This document shows positions 8,292 to 17,505 of a stretch of DNA of 64,000 bases, piece after piece. Position 1 is the stretch's first letter. Each line of letters opens with the position of its first letter. The notes under the pieces are model-generated. The model was given only the letters and a program-made list of their open reading frames with translations, was not told the origin of the DNA and did no database searches. The DNA is taken from contig JBBCGK010000001.1 of assembly GCA_037200965.1 (NCBI GenBank), positions 768,001 to 832,000 on the forward strand, written 5' to 3'. The DNA comes from a bacterium. Its GTDB lineage: Bacteria > Patescibacteriota > Minisyncoccia > Phycocordibacterales > Phycocordibacteraceae. Made by a program: the position numbers and the translations under genes.

Positions 8292-11282
8292 ATGCGCACC
8301 ATCTTCACCTCTCCTTTGCTAGCGTTCGCGGGACGCTTCACCGCGGTTTTCTTTTTCGTATTTGCAGCAAACGGTATCGTCGGTTTTCCCGCCGCGCATG
8401 CGGCATGGGACGGTAATCCGTACGAGCCCGAGGAAACACTCGATCCGGAATGCTCGCCGAATCAGGGGCAGTGCCGTATCACGCAGCCCGTCAGCGCCGG
8501 AGAGAGCGTACCGGCAGGCTCGCTTCTCTATACCGACGGTACGGATTCATGGACGACGCTTCCCATCGGCAGCGACGGCAAGGTGCTCAAGATAAGCGGC
8601 GGTTCGGTCGTCTGGGGAGACGATAACGGCGGCATCTCGTACAGCGCATCCGAACAGGGGCTGCACCTTGATGCGGGCACGCACGTGCTCTCTATCACGC
8701 TTGACGGCTCGACGCTCTCCGCGTCCGGAAGCGGACTCCGGCTTGCGGCCGCCTATCCCGGTCAGGCATCCATTACGACGCTCGGTACCATTACGACCGG
8801 CACGTGGCATGGTTCCGCAGTAGCTCCGGCCTATGGCGGTACGGGCGCGTCGTCAGCTCCCGCAAACGGCCAGCTTCTCATCGGCAACGGATCGACGTAT
8901 ACGGTCGCGAACGCGAGCGGCTCGGGCGGCATACAAATCACGAACGGTTCGGGATCGCTTGGCATCGGCCTTTCCATAAGCGGATTGTCGGCAGTCTCAA
9001 GCGCCGCGAACGGCGATTATCTCGCGCTCTACGATGACAGCGCGGGGGCGAACAGGAAGATCAGCATCAGCGACCTGTTCGCGAACGTTATCGGCTCTCT
9101 TAATTTCCAAGGCACGTGGGATGCGGATGCGAACAGCCCGTCCCTTTCCGACGGCATGTGCACGGCAAGCGAAAACGGATACTTCTATATCGTCGGCACG
9201 TCCGGAGCGACGACTCTGGGCGGCGTGTCCTCATGGGACGTGGGCGACTGGCTTATCTGCGACGGCACGGGCTGGGGCAAGGTCGCGGATACGAGCGCCA
9301 TCGCGAGTGTGTTCGGGCGCACCGGCGCGGTCACTGCTCAGAGCGGGGACTATACCGGCGACCAGATCATCAATGTCGCGGCGGGCACGATCGCCTCGAC
9401 GAACGTGCAGGGCGCCATTAACGAGCTCGCAAGCGAGAAAGAAGCGGCGATAGCGTCGGGCCTTACGACCCAGTACTGGCGCGGCGACAAGACGTGGCAG
9501 ACCTTGAATACGCTCGCGGTGGCCGAGAATCCCGCCCACCTCTATTACACCGACGCCCGCGCGAGAAACGCGTTTTCTTCGGGCAGTGCATCGCTTTCGT
9601 ACGATTCCTCGACCGGCGTCATCGCCGTTACGGGCGGATACAGCATTCCGGAATCGGGGACCATCGAAGGGGATACGCTCGTCTGGGACGGATCGAACTG
9701 GGTTCCGACCGAGGGCGCGATGTCGTTCTCTTTGTCCACCGGCCTTCTCTCGATCGATGGCACCGCCTCGTCTACCGACCTTTATATCGCGGATGATGCC
9801 ATCATAGCCTCCGCCGATATCGGATCGCTTTCCGCCGATTCGCTCTCGCTTTCCGCCGCCCTTGGCGCAGGGTCAGGCGGTACCGGCATCACGAGTCCTG
9901 TCTCGGCCGGAATTCTTATCGGTACGCAGGGAGGCGGAGCGTGGCAGCAGGTCGCGACCTCGACGCTCCGCATCGCGCTTGCCGATACGACCGGAACCCT
10001 TTCGGTCGTCAAGGGCGGTCTTGGTCTCACTGCCGCGCCTTCGTTCGGGAATCTCCTCATGGGTAACGGTTCGGGCGGCTATACTTCGGTCGCGACTTCT
10101 TCGCTCGGCCTTACGTTCTCTTCGATCGCGGGGACGCTCGGGGTTTCCGCGGGAGGAACCGGCGTAGTTTCCGCGCCTTCATTCGGGGAGCTCCTGCTTG
10201 GAAACGGCTCAGGAGGATATGCGCTCGCCGCCACCTCGACTCTCGGTCTCAATCTCTCCTCGCTTACCGGAACCCTTGGCGTCGCCGCAGGCGGTACCGG
10301 AGCGGCGAGTCTTGGCCAAGGATGGCTCTATTCGACCGGCGGCGGCATCGCGCTCTCCGCGTCCACGTCGCCGACCGTGAACTACCTTCTCGCCACCTCG
10401 ACGACGCAAGCATCCGCGATTGCCTACCGTCTCGGCGTCGGGAGTACGACGCCGCTTGCGACCCTTGCGGTTAAGGGTGCGGGAACCGGCGCGGGCGTCA
10501 CGCTTCAGACGACCGACAGCGCCGACATCGCGGGCCTTACGGTTCTCGACAAGGGATTCGTCGGCATAGGCACGACATCTCCGGTGGCTGCGCTTGCGGT
10601 GAGCGCGGCGGCCGGCGTCGCGCCGTTCGCGGTGGGTTCGTCGACGGGGGGAATCAAGCTCACCGTCGCCGCGAACGGCTTCGTCGGCGTCGGCACCTCA
10701 AGCCCTACGTATCCGCTCGACGTGCGGGGAGATGTCGGCGGAACGGTCGCGCGTTTCCAGACTACGACAAATTCGCTCTTCTGCCTCCTCTCCTCGATTA
10801 CCGGGCTTTTGAGTTGCGCATCGGACGAGCGGCTCAAGAAGGACATTACGCCGCTTGACGCGTCGACGCTCGACCAGGTCCTCGCGCTCAAGCCGGTTTC
10901 GTACCACTGGAAGACCGATGATTCTTCCGCCGGACTCAAGTATGGATTCATCGCGCAGGATGTCGAGAAGATATTTCCCGAACTCGTTTCCGCCGATCCC
11001 ACCACCGGCTACAAGTCCCTTTCCACCGGCGGCATGATGCCATACGTCGTGAAAGCTCTTCAAGAGCAGCAAGTCGAAATCGAGGATCTCAAGGCGCAGA
11101 TAGCGGTGCTTGCCGCTCATCTTCCGCATGTGTCCGGAGATGACGAAACTCCCGCACCGGTTCCTCCTTCCGGGCCCGAAGAGGAGGAAGGAAGCGTGAC
11201 CCCTCCTGTTCCTGAGGAGGAAGTTCCGGCTCCCGTACCGCCGACCGTGAATACTGACGATGCTCCGGTCGCAACTCCGTAG
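8292..11282 (+). CDS. Large repetitive surface / tail-fibre-like protein with C-terminal peptidase S74 intramolecular chaperone domain (complete, about 996 aa).
   Basis: Signal-peptide-like N-terminus (AVFFFVFAANGIVGFPAAHAA). GGTG-rich repeats, including about three tandem 31-aa repeats (GLGLTAAPSFGNLLMGNGSGGY...). C-terminal DERLKKDITPLD...LKPVSYHWK...YGFIAQDVEKIFPELV matches the S74 chaperone signature, followed by a Pro/Glu-rich tail. The N-terminal AAHAAWDGNPYEPEETLDPECSPNQGQC motif is shared with the gene starting at 63474. Confidence 0.75.
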   Translation: MRTIFTSPLLAFAGRFTAVFFFVFAANGIVGFPAAHAAWDGNPYEPEETLDPECSPNQGQCRITQPVSAGESVPAGSLLYTDGTDSWTTLPIGSDGKVLKISGGSVVWGDDNGGISYSASEQGLHLDAGTHVLSITLDGSTLSASGSGLRLAAAYPGQASITTLGTITTGTWHGSAVAPAYGGTGASSAPANGQLLIGNGSTYTVANASGSGGIQITNGSGSLGIGLSISGLSAVSSAANGDYLALYDDSAGANRKISISDLFANVIGSLNFQGTWDADANSPSLSDGMCTASENGYFYIVGTSGATTLGGVSSWDVGDWLICDGTGWGKVADTSAIASVFGRTGAVTAQSGDYTGDQIINVAAGTIASTNVQGAINELASEKEAAIASGLTTQYWRGDKTWQTLNTLAVAENPAHLYYTDARARNAFSSGSASLSYDSSTGVIAVTGGYSIPESGTIEGDTLVWDGSNWVPTEGAMSFSLSTGLLSIDGTASSTDLYIADDAIIASADIGSLSADSLSLSAALGAGSGGTGITSPVSAGILIGTQGGGAWQQVATSTLRIALADTTGTLSVVKGGLGLTAAPSFGNLLMGNGSGGYTSVATSSLGLTFSSIAGTLGVSAGGTGVVSAPSFGELLLGNGSGGYALAATSTLGLNLSSLTGTLGVAAGGTGAASLGQGWLYSTGGGIALSASTSPTVNYLLATSTTQASAIAYRLGVGSTTPLATLAVKGAGTGAGVTLQTTDSADIAGLTVLDKGFVGIGTTSPVAALAVSAAAGVAPFAVGSSTGGIKLTVAANGFVGVGTSSPTYPLDVRGDVGGTVARFQTTTNSLFCLLSSITGLLSCASDERLKKDITPLDASTLDQVLALKPVSYHWKTDDSSAGLKYGFIAQDVEKIFPELVSADPTTGYKSLSTGGMMPYVVKALQEQQVEIEDLKAQIAVLAAHLPHVSGDDETPAPVPPSGPEEEEGSVTPPVPEEEVPAPVPPTVNTDDAPVATP

Positions 11283-11318
11283 CAGGTCTTGGTTTGGGAG
11301 CAGCGCGCCACGCTATTC

Positions 11319-12122
11319 ATGAGATTGTCGTTCCCCATTCGTTTTTTGTTTGTTCTGCTCGCAGCGGCAGTCCTGTCGGGGCTGTCGGTTCCTATGGAGC
11401 GGGCTTTTGGCGCGAACCAGGAAGACGGTATCCGGGCGACAGCCGCGAGCCTCGTATCCCGCGTGGCGCCCGGCGGGACGCTCTCGTTCTCGCTCACGCT
11501 TCTTAACTTCGGCACGGCGCGCCGGGCCGATGTCGTCATCACATACCGGATACTCGATGCGGCGGGCGCCGAAGCCTATTCGCAGCAGGAGACCGTCGCG
11601 GTCGACACGACCGCGAGCGTTGTGCGGCACGTGGAAGTGCCGGGGACCCTCGCGCCCGGACGCTATACGCTCGAAAGCGAAGCGCGCTATCCCTTTCAGG
11701 AAGCGCCCGCCGTCTCCCGCTTCTCGTTCACCGTCGAGCGCGCGTATCTGGGCGTCTATATCACGGACTGGCTCCGATACGGCGGCCTCGCCCTTCTTCT
11801 GGCGCTCGCGTCGTTTATCGGCGGCCGGCTCCTCATCCGGGCCAGGGCCCGCCGCGCCGTGCTCCATGACTACGCGGACAAGCCCAAAGACGAACGCATC
11901 TATTACGAAATCATAAGCGACACCGTAAGCCAGATGCGCCAGCGGGCGGGCGACCGGGCGCTTGAGATCGCGGCGAAAACGAAGGGTCTTTCCATCGATT
12001 CCGATACCGGCAAAGTTCTCAAAATCACGGAGAACCCCGCGCAAGTCGTCGCGGCGCTCGTGTCCGGGTACGAAGCGGCGCTCGGGAAGAAGGTGAGCTT
12101 CGCGCTCAGAAAGAACGGCTGA
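11319..12122 (+). CDS. Secreted/anchored protein: signal peptide + CARDB-like beta-sandwich + TM + cytoplasmic tail.
   Basis: MRLSFPIRFLFVLLAAAVLSG signal peptide (ATG at 11319; the track begins at a TTG at 11289). A TM helix (GGLALLLALASFIGGRLLI) follows the beta-rich domain. Same architecture as 7690..8187. Confidence 0.5.
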   Translation: MRLSFPIRFLFVLLAAAVLSGLSVPMERAFGANQEDGIRATAASLVSRVAPGGTLSFSLTLLNFGTARRADVVITYRILDAAGAEAYSQQETVAVDTTASVVRHVEVPGTLAPGRYTLESEARYPFQEAPAVSRFSFTVERAYLGVYITDWLRYGGLALLLALASFIGGRLLIRARARRAVLHDYADKPKDERIYYEIISDTVSQMRQRAGDRALEIAAKTKGLSIDSDTGKVLKITENPAQVVAALVSGYEAALGKKVSFALRKNG

Positions 12123-12140
12123 TCACGTAATCCATATTCT

Positions 12141-12524
12141 ATGAACCAAAAAACCATACTCATCGTCGAAGACGAAAAAGATATCAGGGAAGCGCTTCGG
12201 GACATGCTCGCCGACAAGGGATACCGCGTCCTTGAGGCCGGAAACGGGCGGGAAGGCGCGGCAAGCGCTCTTGCCGAGCACCCCGACCTCATCCTTCTCG
12301 ATCTCCTCATGCCCGAAGTGGATGGCATGACAGCGCTCGGACAGATCCGGGAGGATTCGTGGGGGAAGGGCGCATCCGTCATGATCCTCACGAACGTGAA
12401 CGCGAGCAGCGAACAGGTCGTCAAGGATATCGTGACGCACAAGCCGCTTGAATACCTCATCAAGTCGGACTGGAAGATCGCCGATGTCCTGAGGAAAGTC
12501 GAGCGGGTGCTCGCGGGGAAGTAG
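12141..12524 (+). CDS. Single-domain response regulator (CheY-like receiver).
   Basis: ILIVEDE...DLILLDLLMP...MILT matches the REC domain acidic pocket and phospho-acceptor Asp pattern. At 127 aa there is no output domain. Confidence 0.8.
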   Translation: MNQKTILIVEDEKDIREALRDMLADKGYRVLEAGNGREGAASALAEHPDLILLDLLMPEVDGMTALGQIREDSWGKGASVMILTNVNASSEQVVKDIVTHKPLEYLIKSDWKIADVLRKVERVLAGK

Positions 12525-12564
12525 CTTCCGCCATGGCGCCGTTTCTTGCTCGTTTCGGCCGCAC

Positions 12565-12606
12565 CTATACGACAACGGACTCCGTGCGGAGTCCGTTGTC
12601 GTATAG
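12565..12606. repeat. Perfect 19-bp inverted repeat hairpin (4-nt loop GTGC) in the convergent intergenic region.
   Basis: CTATACGACAACGGACTCC-GTGC-GGAGTCCGTTGTCGTATAG. There is no clear U-tract on either strand, so it is not a canonical intrinsic terminator. Confidence 0.5.
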
Positions 12607-12631
12607 AGTCCTCTTAGAGAAAACGATCTGA

Positions 12632-13096
12632 CTATTGATAGTCCGACGCCGTGCGTTGAGGATTCGAGAGCGCCGCGACGCCAAGCGCTACGATCGCGAG
12701 GAGCACGATGAGGGAGAGCCAGAGGAGCGGGGAAGAGAAGTCCCAGAAAGATACCGGAACATTCGCCGCGTTCGTGGTTTCCGGTATCGTCGCGTCGTTC
12801 GTGTATTCGATGACGGCCGGGGCCGCTGCCGCAGGGGCGGTCGTGTCTATCGCTCCTGGAGCCGGATAATCCTCTGCCGCAGTGTCGGCCGCTACGACGT
12901 TTCCGGTCGCGCCGTAATCGGCCGTGAGAGCCCCTCCCGCGCCGGTCGCGAGCCCCTGCGTGTATGCGTATCCCGTCTCATATCCGGTCGTGTCCGCAGC
13001 CGCGGGGCTCGCGAAGAGCAGCCCGCTTACCGCGAGAAGGCCAAGCGCGCTTATCGCCGCGCCGCTTCCGACTGCTATGCGTTTGACTGCTTGCAT
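12632..13096 (-). CDS. Hypothetical secreted low-complexity protein with C-terminal TM anchor.
   Basis: Start taken at MQAVKRIAVGSGAAISALGLLAVSGLLFASPAAA (signal peptide). Ala/Thr/Gly-rich middle region. C-terminal hydrophobic LLWLSLIVLLAIVALGVAAL. Confidence 0.4.
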   Translation of the reverse strand: MQAVKRIAVGSGAAISALGLLAVSGLLFASPAAADTTGYETGYAYTQGLATGAGGALTADYGATGNVVAADTAAEDYPAPGAIDTTAPAAAAPAVIEYTNDATIPETTNAANVPVSFWDFSSPLLWLSLIVLLAIVALGVAALSNPQRTASDYQ

Positions 13097-13221
13097 ATGG
13101 GTGTTAGGCGTTAGGCTTCTAAACCGCTGCCGTGTGGCCCTTATGTGGCCCTGGCTAATCGGTGCGCCTAGTATGCGAAACACGCCATGAACGGTGTGTG
13201 AAAGATGGTTTGTATACTAAT

Positions 13222-14388
13222 CTATACAAACTTCGGGCTGACTGCCCGCCTAAAAAATACAGTGAAAAGCCTGTTCGAGAGGATGCCAAGCGTATTGAAC
13301 ATGCGTTTGGCGAAGGGCCCGTATTCCTTCCTGACGGCATTTGCTCGCGGGAGCGAGTTTTTGATTACCACGTCCTGGAGCGCATAAAGCTGCTCCACTC
13401 TTTTATTGCGTGCCCGGGAAAACTCCTCAAGCAGAATTTCTATGCGCCCGCTCCACGAGTCGCCATCAAGCTGATTCAGGGATCTGGCCAAATAAAAAGC
13501 ATCTTCCGTAGCGAGCGTCGTGCCGACGCCAAGCACCGGCAATCTCCCGTGCGCGGCATCTCCGAGCAGGATCATCCTATTGGCATGAGAGTTCGGGACA
13601 TGCACGTCTTTTAATTCGAATACTCTCGTGGTTCCCCGGTATACCGGCCTGCACTGCGGCCCGTAGATGCGGACAAGCATCTTCTCCAAGCCTTCTCGCA
13701 TCACGTCTCTTTGGGCCGCATACTCCGGTTCTTTCGCGAAAAAGAAATGCGCGATCATGGCGCTCGTCGGCGAGGTCATTAGGACCCCCGTCATGTTATT
13801 GATGCCGAAGACGACGTTTTCTCCCTCGAGCATCGGGATTCGTTCGATTTCCGCATATTCGACCGCGTAATCCGAAGGTGAGATCCCGACGCCCTCGAAA
13901 CAGCCGCTCCGAGTTAGCGAGCTGATGCCTTCGGCCACAACGACCAGGTCGTACGCATCGTTTTGACCGGTGCTGAGTGTCACTATATGCTTTCCGTCCC
14001 TGACCACCGTGGAAGGGATAGCCGTGTCGAGAATCATGCGTCCTTCCATATTCCGCGCTTCGGCGAGGAGCATATCGTGAAACGCTTCCCGATCAACGAT
14101 GTATCCGAGATCCTTCAAGGAATACAAGCTTTCGGGGAAAGTCGACTCGTTGAGCATGAGGGTTCTCTTGAGCTTGATGAAGCGATTCTCATATGCGCCG
14201 CGCCGCATCAGCGTTCTCTTTAGGAGATCATAGCCACAGCTCCAAATCGTGATCGCATATCCAACCGAGCGGAATTGCTCGCCTTTTTCGATCAGTGTCA
14301 TCTCGTATTTACTCCGGTCCAGGTAGATGTAGGTAAGTAATCCGGCTATCCCGGCTCCCGAGATCAGAACTTTCTTCTTAGAAGTCAT
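13222..14388 (-). CDS. FAD-dependent monooxygenase / oxidoreductase (UbiH/GG-reductase-like Rossmann fold).
   Basis: N-terminal dinucleotide-binding motif VLISGAGIAGL. DLVVVAEGISS and GDAAH..P..G.G...A..DA are typical of PF01494-type flavin monooxygenases. Confidence 0.7.
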   Translation of the reverse strand: MTSKKKVLISGAGIAGLLTYIYLDRSKYEMTLIEKGEQFRSVGYAITIWSCGYDLLKRTLMRRGAYENRFIKLKRTLMLNESTFPESLYSLKDLGYIVDREAFHDMLLAEARNMEGRMILDTAIPSTVVRDGKHIVTLSTGQNDAYDLVVVAEGISSLTRSGCFEGVGISPSDYAVEYAEIERIPMLEGENVVFGINNMTGVLMTSPTSAMIAHFFFAKEPEYAAQRDVMREGLEKMLVRIYGPQCRPVYRGTTRVFELKDVHVPNSHANRMILLGDAAHGRLPVLGVGTTLATEDAFYLARSLNQLDGDSWSGRIEILLEEFSRARNKRVEQLYALQDVVIKNSLPRANAVRKEYGPFAKRMFNTLGILSNRLFTVFFRRAVSPKFV

Positions 14389-14461
14389 GCGAACGAAGGA
14401 TAGCACGATCACTCAACTCCAAAGCGGACCCTTGAAAACTTCGCGTATGGATGAGTGTTCA

Positions 14462-15514
14462 CTACTTAAGCGAGCCGTATACACTCGGAATTTCAAGGCC
14501 AAGCGTCCAGAGCGAAACGCCGCGGAGCCCGTGGCTCTTCGCGAGCGCGACCTTCACTGCGACGCTCCGCGCGTTTTCATACCAAATCGTGTACCCGGTG
14601 GGGCCGTTGAAATAATGAAGGTACGGAGCCTGTGCCGTTTCGTCATAGATCATGAACGCGTCGTTCGGGTGATTCTTAAATACGTTCTGTATGCCCTCGT
14701 TCCCCCCGATGCCGACCAGCTTTCCGGTCATGTCGTTCCATTGCCAGTAGTAGAGAGGGATGCCAAGCGAGAGTTTTTCGGGTGGGATATGCGCGAGCGC
14801 GTAGTCAAGGACGCGCGTAAGCCAGGGATAGGGAGCGATAGCGCCTTTCGAGTCCGGCGCGTCATAGGACATGAGGCTTATGAAATCCGCGGAGCGCGCA
14901 AGGGCGTCGTAGTCATAAACGCCGATGAGCTTGTTCCAGAGGTCGTTCTTATAGTCGCTTGGCGTATCGGACACTTTTGAAATGACGGCGACCGAAAGCA
15001 TAAGGCCGTGCGCATGGAGCGCTTTCGCCGTTTTGGCGACGAAGGCGGAAAATCCATCCTTGTCGGCAAGTTCCATCTGCTCGAAATCTATCTGCCAGCC
15101 GATATAGCCCCGATCTTTCGCTTCGGTTATGAGCGCGCTTATGGCGGTGTCCTGCTTTTTTATATCGGTGAGGAGCGCTTTGTACGCGGCGGGGCTGAAG
15201 CTTCCGTTCGTTACGAGCGGCATCACTTGGATATTATTCTTCTTCGCGAAATCGAGTATGTCCTGATCGAGGGTTCCCGAAAGCGTGCCGTCTTCGTTTA
15301 TCGCGTACACTTGCGGCGCGAAAATGTCGATCGAGTCCGCGTGCGCGAAGAAAGACTGTTTCGCGAGCTCGCCGTCGCGATAATAGAAGAGGCGTTCGTA
15401 GTGGGGTGCGGCCGGGGTTGCTGCTAGGGCAGGTAAAGGAAGGTATACCGCTCCAAAAAACGATACAAGCACAAGGAGAACGGCCGTACGCTGCATGAGA
15501 GAGAGGGTAATCAT
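14462..15514 (-). CDS. Secreted glycoside hydrolase family 18-like protein.
   Basis: Signal peptide. GYIGWQIDFEQM resembles the GH18 catalytic D-x-D/E-x-E region, and the (beta/alpha)8-like sequence pattern (SLMSYD..., YYWQW) fits the family. Confidence 0.65.
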   Translation of the reverse strand: MITLSLMQRTAVLLVLVSFFGAVYLPLPALAATPAAPHYERLFYYRDGELAKQSFFAHADSIDIFAPQVYAINEDGTLSGTLDQDILDFAKKNNIQVMPLVTNGSFSPAAYKALLTDIKKQDTAISALITEAKDRGYIGWQIDFEQMELADKDGFSAFVAKTAKALHAHGLMLSVAVISKVSDTPSDYKNDLWNKLIGVYDYDALARSADFISLMSYDAPDSKGAIAPYPWLTRVLDYALAHIPPEKLSLGIPLYYWQWNDMTGKLVGIGGNEGIQNVFKNHPNDAFMIYDETAQAPYLHYFNGPTGYTIWYENARSVAVKVALAKSHGLRGVSLWTLGLEIPSVYGSLK

Positions 15515-15609
15515 ATTTGTAGTATACGCCCTGCATATCTGTTTGTATTGCTTTCGAAATGAATTCCGGATGAGGACGTAGTATTAGTCATACGATTCAC
15601 CCGTTCTTC

Positions 15610-16374
15610 ATGAAGAATTTTGCTCGCTCTCGGAAAAGATTTCATACCATGGCCGCATGTTCGGTCCTCGCCTTCGGGGCTTTTCTTTTTATCCAAAGCT
15701 TCGTTCCTGCGGCATTTGCCGCTCCGCTGGCTGCCCTTAACAGCGCCGCCGGTCCCGGTGTTTCTCATAACTGGGCCGGATACGCGGCGACCGACGGAAC
15801 CTATACTGCCGTGCGTGGGAGCTGGATCGTCCCCGAATCTCGGGCTACGGAGGCCGTTTCCGGCGATTCAACCTGGGTTGGTATCGGCGGGGCCGAATCG
15901 ACGGATCTCATACAAGCCGGGACAGAGGCCATCACCGACTCCAAAGGGAGGATGCGGTATTTCGCGTGGTACGAGCTTTTGCCGGAGACCGCAAAGCGCA
16001 TTTCCTCGCTTTCCGTGCGTCCGGGCGACGAGATCAGCGTATCGGTCGGGAAGCAGTCCGGAAACGACTGGCTCATCCGCATCGAAAACCGTACGACGGG
16101 CGATACGTTCGAGAAAAACGTCTCCTATGAATCCTCGCTATCTTCGGTGGAGTGGATACAGGAACGCCCGACGGGAAAAGATAGGCTTGTGGCACTCAAT
16201 GATTTCGGCGATGTGACTTTCAGCGCCGCAGGAGCCGTAGCGGACGGGGAAGAGGCGACAATAGAGGAAGCGGGCGCCAAACCCCTGTCGCTTATCGGAG
16301 AGCGTAAAGAGTCCCTGGCCATGCCTTCCGCTCTCAGCGCTTCAAAATCGGGGTTTACCGTTTCCCGCCGATAA
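15610..16374 (+). CDS. Peptidase family G1 (eqolisin / scytalidoglutamic peptidase-like) with signal peptide.
   Basis: Hallmark SHNWAGYAA and WVGIGG motifs. Candidate catalytic Gln (DLIQAGTEA) and Glu (VEWIQERP) sit at the expected spacing. Confidence 0.65.
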   Translation: MKNFARSRKRFHTMAACSVLAFGAFLFIQSFVPAAFAAPLAALNSAAGPGVSHNWAGYAATDGTYTAVRGSWIVPESRATEAVSGDSTWVGIGGAESTDLIQAGTEAITDSKGRMRYFAWYELLPETAKRISSLSVRPGDEISVSVGKQSGNDWLIRIENRTTGDTFEKNVSYESSLSSVEWIQERPTGKDRLVALNDFGDVTFSAAGAVADGEEATIEEAGAKPLSLIGERKESLAMPSALSASKSGFTVSRR

Positions 16375-16511
16375 TAAGCGAGGACTAAAGGAACTGCTTG
16401 CGTTACAGACATATATATGTTATAGTCAGGCCTGGTAGGCACGCGGAGGAATTCGTTTGCCGTGAACCGTATAAATAGGCCCCTCGCGGCCTTACGAAAG
16501 GAAAGCGCCTC

Positions 16512-17063
16512 ATGACGCACTGGTATAGCCGGTTCTCCGGCTGGCTGGTCCGCCATCGGGTGCGGATCAAGACAATAGGTACGGGGTTGTTTCTCTATGA
16601 ATCCTACAACGTCCTATACGACTATGGGTTCTATGCGTTCGCGATCCTTCAGTGGGGGCTCGTGATCGGCAGCATCATCGCCACGCTCGGGTCGCTCATT
16701 CAGAACGGACTTATGTTCTGGCTCTATGACCGGCAGGGGATCGACTGGCTCGGGGCTCATATACTCCGCGAACTCGAAGCAAAGGAGAATAAAAATCGCT
16801 TTGAGCGCCTTGCCGTCTGGCTCGGCAAAGCGGAAAAGACGCGAGCGGAGGTGGTTCTCGCTGCTGTCGCGTTCGTCGGCCTCCTCTGGCGCGTCGATCC
16901 ACTTATCGTTGCGGTTCATTTCCGCCGGGAGCATTTCCGAGGGCTCACGGCCAAAGACTGGGGCATTCTTCTGGCAGCAGTCGCCGTGGGGAATGCCTGG
17001 TCAATTCTTGAAATGGGAATCATCGTCGAGACCTTTCGTTTCGGCTGGGAGGCGGTCTTCTGA
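16512..17063 (+). CDS. Hypothetical polytopic membrane protein.
   Basis: Several hydrophobic helices. No recognisable domain. Confidence 0.45.
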   Translation: MTHWYSRFSGWLVRHRVRIKTIGTGLFLYESYNVLYDYGFYAFAILQWGLVIGSIIATLGSLIQNGLMFWLYDRQGIDWLGAHILRELEAKENKNRFERLAVWLGKAEKTRAEVVLAAVAFVGLLWRVDPLIVAVHFRREHFRGLTAKDWGILLAAVAVGNAWSILEMGIIVETFRFGWEAVF

Positions 17064-17064
17064 T

Positions 17065-17100
17065 CGGCGGCAACGCATACGTTGCCGCCGAATTTTTATC
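17065..17100 (+). terminator. Rho-independent terminator after 16512..17063.
   Basis: CGGCGGCAACG-CATA-CGTTGCCGCCG followed by AATTTTTAT. Confidence 0.6.
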
Positions 17101-17131
17101 TTTACTCAAATAAATATGGTATAACTTTTAT

Positions 17132-17500
17132 ATGGAGAATCCCCCGAAGCAGCCTGTTCCTTGGCTTGCGTGGCTGCTTCTTCTTTCAGTGCTCGTGGGC
17201 TTCGGCGTCAGCATCTATAGATACGACATCGCGAAGAATTATTCTCTTTTTGTGGAAGCCCCTTGCGATCCTCTCACTAACGAATGCTATGTCCGGGATT
17301 GTGATAACGACGGTTGTCCGCCAAACGATCTCGCGGTATATCGAACATTTACTTTGCCAGCTCAGGAATTCGCGCATTGCACCGATAATTCGTGTCTCAG
17401 TATTTGTCCGTCGGAAGCGCACTCTTGCACGGAAATTATGTGTTCTGATCAAGACGACGTTTCATGCGAAGGCCCTGGCGCGGTATCTGGTGCCGAATAA
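17132..17500 (+). CDS. Small Cys-rich secreted/anchored protein (hypothetical).
   Basis: N-terminal TM/signal (WLAWLLLLSVLVGFGVSIY) followed by about 12 Cys in CxxC or C-x-C-type spacing. Unknown family. Confidence 0.4.
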   Translation: MENPPKQPVPWLAWLLLLSVLVGFGVSIYRYDIAKNYSLFVEAPCDPLTNECYVRDCDNDGCPPNDLAVYRTFTLPAQEFAHCTDNSCLSICPSEAHSCTEIMCSDQDDVSCEGPGAVSGAE

Positions 17501-17505
17501 TTGAA

